NCBI GenBank assembly: GCA_002313895.1
Contig: DCAW01000121.1
Span: 1 to 56,265, forward strand
Reading direction: 5' to 3'
Length of the DNA stretch: 56,265 bases
DNA from: Dehalococcoidia bacterium UBA1123
Lineage (GTDB): Bacteria; Chloroflexota; Dehalococcoidia; Lucifugimonadales; UBA1123
Shown here in pieces: positions 46,507 to 54,129 of this stretch. Within the stretch, counting starts at the first letter, position 1; every line of letters begins with the position of its first letter. Both the position numbers and the translations under genes were made by a program. A model generated the notes under the pieces. It did not search any database. It saw only the letters and a list, made by a program, of their open reading frames with translations, and was not told the origin of the DNA.

Positions 46507-47253
46507 CTAGCGCGAAATGAATCCACCATCAATCACAAGCTCGGTGGCCGTGATGAACGAGGCCTCATCAGATGCCAGAAACAACACTCCGTTCGCCACT
46601 TCATGAACCTCTCCCGTCCTTCGCAATGGGGTCAGGCGGATATGCTCGTCCCGTTGGGGCCGTTGTGGCGTCGCCGTGGTCATCGGTGGCATGAATCCTG
46701 GATGAACCGAGTTGGCCCGAATACCGTCGGGGCCGTACTTGACCGCGATAGCTTTTGTGAATATTCGCACTGCGCCTTTTGAGGCGTGGTAAGCGGGGTG
46801 CCCGCCCTCGCCACCGACGAAACCCATGATCGAGGAAATGTTGACGATAGATCCGCCGCCAGCTTCTTTCATCGCCGGAATCGCAGCGCGGGTTCCCAAA
46901 AATACCCCTGTGGCGTTCACGTCCATAATGTGAGTCCAGCCATCAATGTCCATTGGGTCAGCGTAAGCGGTGCTGCTGATGCCCGCGTTGTTCACCAGTA
47001 TATTCAGTTTCCCAAATTGTGAAACCGTCTGATCAACCAGCCGTTGCCAATCGGACTCGCTGGTCACGTCGGTATGGACGTAGACGCCTGTTCCGCCTGA
47101 TGCGGCGATCTGGGTCACCACAGCCTCGCCGTCCTCGTCTCGCATGTCTGCAACGACGACTGTGGCCCCTTCTCTGGCGAACATTCGGGCTTCCTCGGCC
47201 CCCATGCCATTTGCTCCACCGGTGATGATCGCAACTTTATCTTCCAGACGCAT
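46507..47253 (-). CDS. classical SDR-family oxidoreductase
   Basis: 248 aa from ATG 47253 with TGGANGMG, NNAG and the S...YHASK catalytic residues. Confidence 0.9.
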   Translation of the reverse strand: MRLEDKVAIITGGANGMGAEEARMFAREGATVVVADMRDEDGEAVVTQIAASGGTGVYVHTDVTSESDWQRLVDQTVSQFGKLNILVNNAGISSTAYADPMDIDGWTHIMDVNATGVFLGTRAAIPAMKEAGGGSIVNISSIMGFVGGEGGHPAYHASKGAVRIFTKAIAVKYGPDGIRANSVHPGFMPPMTTATPQRPQRDEHIRLTPLRRTGEVHEVANGVLFLASDEASFITATELVIDGGFISR

Positions 47254-47387
47254 TTTGCACCTCTCAAGTGTGTTGGCGGTAATTGTGGGCGAAATTCCCC
47301 GGTCTGTCCACTTATAGTTTACGCCCACAGGCATAGAGGATATAATCGCGGAAAATTCCAACCCTTACCCGGCGGGAGGTTTCTGAA

Positions 47388-48179
47388 ATGGCAGAACGCG
47401 GAGACGTAATTATAGGCGATGGCAACATCAAGTTTGGAATGGAGTACCGCGACTTGCTCTCCGACCAAGGCCTGTGCATCCATGCGCTGGGCGATGTGGA
47501 CGGGGAAGAAGTTGAGTTGCTCAGGTTCGATTGTTTCGACCACGCGCCTCACTATCACTATGGCCCGGCGAAGCGCAATGAGCGTCTGATGCTCGACCAG
47601 ACCACCGAAGGCAATCCACTGGACTGGACGATTTCCCAACTACGCAACCAACTGCCTGAGATGGTGCGCCGCGCAGGTTACGAAGAATTGGCGGATAGTA
47701 TCGACACCGATGCGCTCGCCTCTACGCTCGACGAGACCGAAGCGAAGGCTCGTGAGATGTCGCAAGAAGGTCGGAGAATCGTGATCCACAACCGTGGCGA
47801 TGTGATCGTAGAAGCTGGGCCTGTCCGGTTTGGCATCGAGTACCGTCACCTCGGCGGGGACGAAGGCATCGCAATTCACGTAATGGGCGATATCGGCGGC
47901 GAGGAGCGAGAGCTACTCACCTTCGATTGTTTCCAAAAAGCTCCCCACTATCACTACGGGCCGCGCGCGAAGAATCAGCGTCTCTACCTGGACAAGACCG
48001 CGGTGCCCGATCCATTGGAGTGGGCGCTGGACCTTTTCCGCGGTGGCAAACTTGCTCCGATGCTCGACAGGGCGGGCTACCGCGACCACGCGGCGGGTTT
48101 GAACCCGGCGGTGGTTGCACAGAGCGTCGCTCAGGTCGCAGAAATTGCGACTAAGATGGAATCTGAGAATAACTCCTAG
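47388..48179 (+). CDS. hypothetical protein built from two tandem ~130-aa repeats
   Basis: 263 aa. Residues 4-~125 and 136-~255 align with each other (RGDVI...FG[MI]EYR...G[LI].IH.[LM]GD..GEE.ELL.FDCF..APHYHYGP....RL.LD......PL.W...). GGGAGG RBS present. I recognise no family. Confidence 0.65.
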   Translation: MAERGDVIIGDGNIKFGMEYRDLLSDQGLCIHALGDVDGEEVELLRFDCFDHAPHYHYGPAKRNERLMLDQTTEGNPLDWTISQLRNQLPEMVRRAGYEELADSIDTDALASTLDETEAKAREMSQEGRRIVIHNRGDVIVEAGPVRFGIEYRHLGGDEGIAIHVMGDIGGEERELLTFDCFQKAPHYHYGPRAKNQRLYLDKTAVPDPLEWALDLFRGGKLAPMLDRAGYRDHAAGLNPAVVAQSVAQVAEIATKMESENNS

Positions 48180-48202
48180 ACCACTAATTCGACGAATCGA
48201 CG

Positions 48203-48241
48203 AACGTGAAGAGGCGATCGATATGATCGCCTCTTCACGTT
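48203..48241. terminator. perfect 17-bp stem / 5-nt loop hairpin downstream of the 47388..48179 gene
   Basis: AACGTGAAGAGGCGATC-GATAT-GATCGCCTCTTCACGTT starts 24 nt after the stop at 48179. No U-tract follows, so it is either an atypical terminator or an RNA-stability/protein-binding palindrome. Confidence 0.5.
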
Positions 48242-48321
48242 AAGCCTGAATCTCCACACCCCGATTCGGTCAGCGAGTCGATATCCGTAGATGCCATCGC
48301 CAATTTGCGCCCACGGAAAGC

Positions 48322-49541
48322 GTGAGCTTGTTGAACCCACTCTGTGATCACACACAGGTAAGGACAATCACCGAGGCAGAGTTTCCTACTTGGTAGTGCA
48401 GGCTGCCCTGGGTTTCGGCGAGCATACGACTGAAGCCAGACAAATTCAGACTAGGGGCACAACTGAAATCAGCCGGACCATCGGCGCTTTCCACAACGAC
48501 AGGATCGTTGGGACCACATCTGCTCACACATTCCAGATTACCGTTCCAGGCGGCGCGGTTCCGTTAGCATACGTAGATTGGGTGTCCGTCTTGCCTACGC
48601 ATCGAAGACGAGGCATCCCCACCAGAATGACCGAACTCCAATTGGCCGATTTCCACGACCGGGCAGAGGCTATCGCCGGTCTCACCGCGACGGAGAGCTC
48701 GATCTAGGAGAGGTTTGGTTACGGGATCGCCTCACGGACCGAAAACTGGACAATACGCCGCGACCATACAGCGATCGCGCACACTAAAGAATTCGAAGGT
48801 CCAACGCGATTTGTCGATCCTGTGGAAGCTCGGACAATTTGGCCTTTCATACACAACTGCGTCAGTCCGATGCGCGTAGGCATGTTCAATTACACTGACC
48901 AGTGGTGGGACGCATTCGTATCCGATCCTGAACATTGGCGCGAGGGCAGCAGCGAGTTGTTCCACGTCGTGGTCGAGAGCAACAACGCCACGGAAGGGAT
49001 CGTATCCTACCGTATCCGAAACCAAAAAGAAGTAATCGTAATTTTGCGACTCGGAACGACAGCGGCAGCAGAACCCGCGTTGTGGCGACATTGTTTCGGA
49101 ATCGACCTTAAGGATTCAATATCGGCATCGAACCGTCCACTAGATGACCCTTTGCCAATGCTGCTCGAGGACGCACAGCGGCTAGAACATTCAGTCGAAG
49201 ACGGTCTTTGGCTCCGATTAATCGACGTATCAAGGGCACTATCAAATCGAGGCTACGCGTCCGAGTGCCACATCGTCCTCCGGGTCCGCGACCTGTTGTG
49301 CGATTGGAACCACGGCTGTATCGATACCGAGACCAACGCCGCAGGCGCAATATGCACACCAACTAGCAAATCGCCAGACGTTGAACTCTCGGTCAGTAAC
49401 TTGGCTTCGATCTACTTGGGAGGCACGACGCTGGCAACGCTCCTGCGCGCCGGACGAATCGAAGAGCGCAAGACAGGGTCGGTTCGAAATTTTGACCGCG
49501 CGTTGGCAACCCTACAGTATCCGTGGACACCCGAGTTCTGA
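48322..49541 (+). pseudogene. Eis-like GNAT N-acetyltransferase (GNAT + SCP2-like C-terminus) with an in-frame TAG and a probable N-terminal frameshift
   Basis: Track ORFs 48390 and 48822 share a frame. The sequence reads ...VLPTHRRRGIPTRM...LTATESSI-TAG(48705-48707)-ERFGYGIASR...WWDAFVSDPEHWREGSS..., matching the Eis-family order, with TAG where homologs have Tyr. Upstream, ...ITEAEFPTW-TAG (48367-48396) lies in a different frame, which suggests an additional 1-nt indel near 48390. Confidence 0.7.
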
Positions 49542-49585
49542 CGAGCTATTCCCCAGAATCAGCGCCTTTTATTCGTTGAAGCACC

Positions 49586-50998
49586 TCAGCGAATCGAGCG
49601 CAGATGCTTCTGGGTGACCAGTATCAAGGTCGTGATGATCAGCAACATCACGGCAAGGGTGCCGATTGCAATTCGTGGCCCGAACGCGTCGGCCATCAGG
49701 CCGGTTGGGAGCACGCCCAGAGGCATCAGCCCGAAGTTCATCATGAACACGCTCATGACGCGCCCTCGGAACTGATCCTCAACAACCTCCATCATCATCG
49801 ACTGGTTCAGCGTGCGCCGGGTTGAATCACCGATTCCCAGAATCAACATGATGGCCGCCGCCGCATAATAAAACGGGAACAGCACGAGCAGCAAGAGCGC
49901 TATGCCAGACGCGAAACTGCCGAGGATGAGCAACATGCCTCGCTTCCAGTTCCCCAGCGCCGCGATGACCAGTGACCCGGCGAGCGAGCCTGCGCCCATG
50001 ACTGCTATTAACAGTCCCATCGCCCTGGAGTCGAGATTATATACATCCACAACGAACACCGGCATCAAGAACCGGAATGGCATCGCGAGGAGTGACGTCG
50101 CCAGTCCCATGAACAAAAGCACCATGACGAGATTGTTTCTGCGGATATACAACAGCCCTTCGCCGATGTCTCTTAGCATTGCGGGCTTGCGAGTCCGCTG
50201 CGGAGCAGAGGGCGACCGGATGAATGATGTCACAATCAGCGCGACAATACCGAGACCGCCAATAATGAAATACACCTTGTCCGGGCCTGCCCAGGCATAA
50301 AGACCTCCCGCTAACGCGGGAGCCAGGAGTGTCATCACGCTCATACCAGCAGCATTGAGCGCCATCGCGTTCGTGAGTTTGTCCCGCCCTACCAATTGGG
50401 GTATTATCGCCTGTCTAGCAGGCATCATAAACGACCAAGCCGTGCCTTGAACGAGGCCGGATATCATCAAATACCACCACTCGATGTGGTCAGTGTAAAT
50501 GGCAATTGCAACGACCAAAGATAGAACGCCAGCGACACCCTGACCGATCTGTATCAGGCGTTTTCGTTGAACCCTGTCGGCGATAGCGCCTCCGAACAAG
50601 GCCAAAACGAGCATGGGAATCGACGAACCTGCATTCACAACGCCGAGAAGCGTGGCCGACCCGGTGAGGTCGTACACGAGATAACCCCTGGCGAGCATTT
50701 GCATCTGCATGCCGCCCATTAGCGCGAGCATTCCCAGCCACAGGTACATAAAGTCTCGGTCTTTGAGGGAGGAAAATGTGTCTCGCCAACTGGACCGTGG
50801 GCCAGGTTTCAGAGGGCGAACGGCAGAGGCGGTGGCGCCATTTGTTGGGAGGGATGTTGATTCATTAACCGAACTGCCATCGTTGGATGAACGGTTGTCG
50901 TTTCGGGAGTCCAATCCTGCTGAAAAATTGGGAGTTGAAGGTTCCGAACCTTCGCTCGAATCGCTGGCGCTCGATTGAGCGCCTGAATCATCATTCAT
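49586..50998 (-). CDS. MFS transporter (MFS_3 / EntS-like; paralog of 8638..9939) with Ser/Asn-rich N-terminal tail
   Basis: 470 aa with the DRDFMYLWLGMLALMGG motif and 12 TM segments. The first ~75 aa are low-complexity (S/N/D-rich). The true start is uncertain. Confidence 0.8.
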   Translation of the reverse strand: MNDDSGAQSSASDSSEGSEPSTPNFSAGLDSRNDNRSSNDGSSVNESTSLPTNGATASAVRPLKPGPRSSWRDTFSSLKDRDFMYLWLGMLALMGGMQMQMLARGYLVYDLTGSATLLGVVNAGSSIPMLVLALFGGAIADRVQRKRLIQIGQGVAGVLSLVVAIAIYTDHIEWWYLMISGLVQGTAWSFMMPARQAIIPQLVGRDKLTNAMALNAAGMSVMTLLAPALAGGLYAWAGPDKVYFIIGGLGIVALIVTSFIRSPSAPQRTRKPAMLRDIGEGLLYIRRNNLVMVLLFMGLATSLLAMPFRFLMPVFVVDVYNLDSRAMGLLIAVMGAGSLAGSLVIAALGNWKRGMLLILGSFASGIALLLLVLFPFYYAAAAIMLILGIGDSTRRTLNQSMMMEVVEDQFRGRVMSVFMMNFGLMPLGVLPTGLMADAFGPRIAIGTLAVMLLIITTLILVTQKHLRSIR

Positions 50999-51067
50999 GA
51001 AGTAATCTTACATTTTTGAGCCTATCACGGCAAGGCGTAGGCGTGGCACGGTTGAAGAAATTAAAAG

Positions 51068-51135
51068 GGGCCCGAACTGCGAGCGGCGCTCAATCGCCGA
51101 GGCGACAGGCGCTCACAGGTGTTCAGTTCGGACCC
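51068..51135 (-). promoter_or_regulatory. 68-nt structured element (12-bp closing stem) in the divergent MFS/AKR intergenic region
   Basis: GGGCCCGAACTG (51068-51079) pairs with CAGTTCGGACCC (51124-51135). The single non-Watson-Crick position is a G-U wobble in the minus-strand transcript but a C-A mismatch in the plus-strand transcript. The interior is GC-rich with a GAGCGCC direct repeat. Confidence 0.3.
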
Positions 51136-51244
51136 GAAATCATCAACTGCTGAGGTCGCCACCTGAGCAACCCCGCAGATGATAACATAGCGACCAGTCG
51201 TCCTCCAAACTCAGTCAATGATCTCAATAAAGAAACGAGGTTTT

Positions 51245-52093
51245 ATGGAATACGTTCGATTCGGGCGGACTGAGGCAACTGTCAGCCGATCGGGGTTTGG
51301 CGGCGCTCCCGCTGGTCTCAGAAATTATCTGGAGCAACACGACCCCAAGGTTGAAGTAGGCCGGCAAGGCGTCATCGACGCAGTGTTGCGCGCTGTTGAA
51401 CTTGGACTAACGTATTTCGACACGGCCGCAGGTTACGGGAACGGTGAGGGCGAGGCCATTTTCAGCGAAGCGTTATCTCAGATCGGGAATAGAGTCTTCT
51501 TGGCTACGAAACTGCCTCCCAGCACACAGGGCGCCGGGCGCAGCGTGGCAAATAATCTGGAGAGATTGCGTATGGACGATCTGGACCTGATTCAGATTCA
51601 TGGGTCGTCATATAGCGATGAGGTGACCCCATCTATTCTCAGTGAAGGCGGGTTGCTTGCGGAATTGGAGGCTTTGCGCGACGAGGGGCTTGTGCGGTTC
51701 AACGGGTTCACAACCGAAGACAATAACGCCGGAGTCTACAAATTTATCCGGTCGGGCCGATTCGACTCTGTCCAAATGACGTACAATCTGCTGCATCAAC
51801 ACCCTGCGGAACAAACTCGACCCTTTGGCAGCATGTTTTAGGCGGAAGATCAGGACATGGGCATCTGCACGATGCGGAGCCTCACCTCGGGGATTTTTCA
51901 GAAGTGGGTCAAGCAAGTGAATCGAAATGATAATCATGATTACACTGGAGACCTGCTAAGTTTCGTTCTGTCCAATCCTCTGGTGGAAGTAGCCCTTGTT
52001 GGCATGAGGACGCAGGAAATGGTTGAAGCCAATGTGTGCGAGGATTCGAGCCGGAGAGTCGATCTCGCGCAACTGCATGAAAAGTATGTCTGA
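51245..52093 (+). pseudogene. aldo/keto reductase interrupted by one in-frame TAG
   Basis: MEYVRFGRTEATVSRSGFGGAP..., DTAAGYG, LIQIHG, ...RPFGSMF-TAG(51839-51841)-AEDQDMGICTMRSLTSG...VALVGMRTQEMVEANV. Track ORFs 51218 and 51857 are in the same frame. The combined length of about 283 aa equals a normal AKR. Confidence 0.75.
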
Positions 52094-52129
52094 AACGATC
52101 GAAGAACCACAGATATCGAGACGAGGGAT

Positions 52130-53221
52130 ATGAGCAACACACTCGGAGAAATGTTTCGCATTAGCACATGGGGAGAGTCCCACGGCGACGCCATCGGTGT
52201 CACAGTGGATGGTTGTCCTCCCAGGTTGCCGTTGGACGTTGCAGATATTCAAAAGGAGCTAGACAGGCGCAGGCCGGGTCAAAGCGAAATTTCGACTCAG
52301 AGAAAAGAAGGCGACCAGGCAGAAATTTTGTCAGGAGTTTTCGAAGGCCTGACTCTCGGAACTCCGATTCTGGTGTCTGTCTGGAATCGCGACGCACGAA
52401 GTCGCGATTACGAGCATATGCGAACGACCTATCGGCCATCCCACGCCGACTACACGTACGACGCAAAATATGGAATCCGCAACTGGATGGGTGGAGGACG
52501 AGCCAGCGCTCGGGAGACGATTGGCCGGGTCGCGGCTGGCGCCATTGCCAAGAAGTTCCTGGCGGCGGCGTTCGGGGTGGAGATTGTCGGTTACGTCAAA
52601 CAGGTCTGGACGATCAACGCTCAGGTCGACCCGGACACAGTCACGCAGGCCGACGTTGAGTCCAATATAGTCCGATGCCCAGACGAAGACGTTGCTTTTC
52701 AGATGATCGAACGTATCAAAGAGGCCCGCAAAGATGGGGACTCCTTGGGGGGAGTAGTGGAGTGCGTTGCGCGAAACGTTCCACCCGGACTGGGCGAGCC
52801 GGTGTTCGACAAACTGGAGGCTGACCTTGCAAAATCGTTGCTCTCAATGCCTGCGTGCAAGGGATTTGAGGTTGGTTCCGGGTTCGCGGGAACCACAATG
52901 ACAGGCTCGACCCACAATGACCCGTTTTACAATGATGGTGGCCGAATTCGCACTCGGACCAACTACTCAGGCGGAATCCAGGGCGGCATCAGCAACGGCG
53001 AAAATATCGTCATTCGTGGAGCGTTCAAACCCACCGCGACCATCCTCCAGGCGCAGGAGACTGTCGACAACGAAGGCAACACCGCCGTAATGAAGGGCAG
53101 GGGCCGTCATGACCCTTGTGTGCTACCCAGGGCCGTTCCAATCGTCGAGTCGATGATGGCCCTCGTTCTGGCAGATCACGCGCTCAGGCATCAGGGTCAA
53201 ACCGGGATCACATTCGAGTGA
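52130..53221 (+). CDS. aroC: chorismate synthase
   Basis: 363 aa with [39 protein letters not shown] and GRHDPCV. Confidence 0.96.
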   Translation: MSNTLGEMFRISTWGESHGDAIGVTVDGCPPRLPLDVADIQKELDRRRPGQSEISTQRKEGDQAEILSGVFEGLTLGTPILVSVWNRDARSRDYEHMRTTYRPSHADYTYDAKYGIRNWMGGGRASARETIGRVAAGAIAKKFLAAAFGVEIVGYVKQVWTINAQVDPDTVTQADVESNIVRCPDEDVAFQMIERIKEARKDGDSLGGVVECVARNVPPGLGEPVFDKLEADLAKSLLSMPACKGFEVGSGFAGTTMTGSTHNDPFYNDGGRIRTRTNYSGGIQGGISNGENIVIRGAFKPTATILQAQETVDNEGNTAVMKGRGRHDPCVLPRAVPIVESMMALVLADHALRHQGQTGITFE

Positions 53222-53300
53222 AATGGTCGAAATGCAAAACGTGTCGACCATGTGATCCAGACCGACACGTCATGATTTCCAATAATGGAGGCATCAAAAC

Positions 53301-54092
53301 CTAGACGACTGGTGATGTCCCTCCGTCGATGTTGACTGCGATTCCTGTCAGATAGCTGGCCCTCTCGGACGCCAGGAACGCTATGACGTCGCCAGCCTCG
53401 GCGGCTTCGCCTACGCGGCCCAAAGGCACGCGGCTACCCATGCTCTCGTACATTCCTTCGAGTGTGTTGTCGGGGTTGTCAGACATTGTGCGCTCAAACC
53501 GAGATTCGTGCTGTCCGCTTTTGATCAATCCGATGCAAACGGTGTTTACCAGGATGTTATCCGGAGCGAATTCCTTGGACATGGCTTTGGTCACGGCAAT
53601 GCCTGCTGCTCGGCTCACTGAGGTAGGAACCGATGCCGCGGCCGGCGCCTTCGCGCCCAGGTTGGTCACGTTGATAATCCTTCCGCCACCCTGTTCTCTC
53701 ATGTGCGGAATCGCCAGGCGACAGAATCTTATGGCTCCGAAGAGTTTCAGGTCCAAGTCCGTTTGCCAACCTTCGTCTGTCACGCTCTCGAAGGGGCCGG
53801 CCGCAGACGTGCCGGCGTTGTTCACGAGAATGTCCAGACGACCGAACTGCGACAGCGTGGCGTCGATCACCTTCTGGACGCCCTCGGCAGTGCTGACATC
53901 CGCCGTTACGGCCAACACCTCGCCCCCGGTCGCCGCGCGGATTTCGTCAGCCGCAGCGTTCAAGACGTCTTCGCGCCGCGCGCAGATAGTCGCCTTGGCG
54001 CCCTCAGCGACCATCGAAAGCGCCGCTGCCTTGCCGATTCCTTCACTGCCACCTGTAACCAGTGCGACTTTTCCTGTCAATCCCAGGTCCAT
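53301..54092 (-). CDS. SDR-fold oxidoreductase, atypical (no obvious YxxxK)
   Basis: 263 aa. TGGSEGIGKA and NNAG are present. Where classical SDRs have Y-x-x-x-K, the sequence reads PTSVSRAAGIAVTK. GAGGAGA RBS present. Lies 37 nt downstream of glcF. Confidence 0.85.
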   Translation of the reverse strand: MDLGLTGKVALVTGGSEGIGKAAALSMVAEGAKATICARREDVLNAAADEIRAATGGEVLAVTADVSTAEGVQKVIDATLSQFGRLDILVNNAGTSAAGPFESVTDEGWQTDLDLKLFGAIRFCRLAIPHMREQGGGRIINVTNLGAKAPAAASVPTSVSRAAGIAVTKAMSKEFAPDNILVNTVCIGLIKSGQHESRFERTMSDNPDNTLEGMYESMGSRVPLGRVGEAAEAGDVIAFLASERASYLTGIAVNIDGGTSPVV

Positions 54093-54129
54093 GAAACTCT
54101 CCTCTCGGAATTGGTAATTTCTTTGCCTA

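Noticed and set aside
47397-47405. RGD tripeptides at the start of both repeats in the 47388-48179 protein, read as an integrin-type cell-adhesion motif.
   Set aside because: The protein has no signal peptide and is predicted to be cytoplasmic. RGD is a short motif expected by chance, and here it is simply part of the duplicated block RGDVI.
48176-48367. A 63-aa minus-strand ORF between the duplicated-domain gene and the Eis-like gene.
   Set aside because: It spans the perfect palindrome at 48203-48241 and the probable N-terminus of the Eis-like pseudogene. It has no RBS and an Arg-rich composition, so it is most likely fortuitous.
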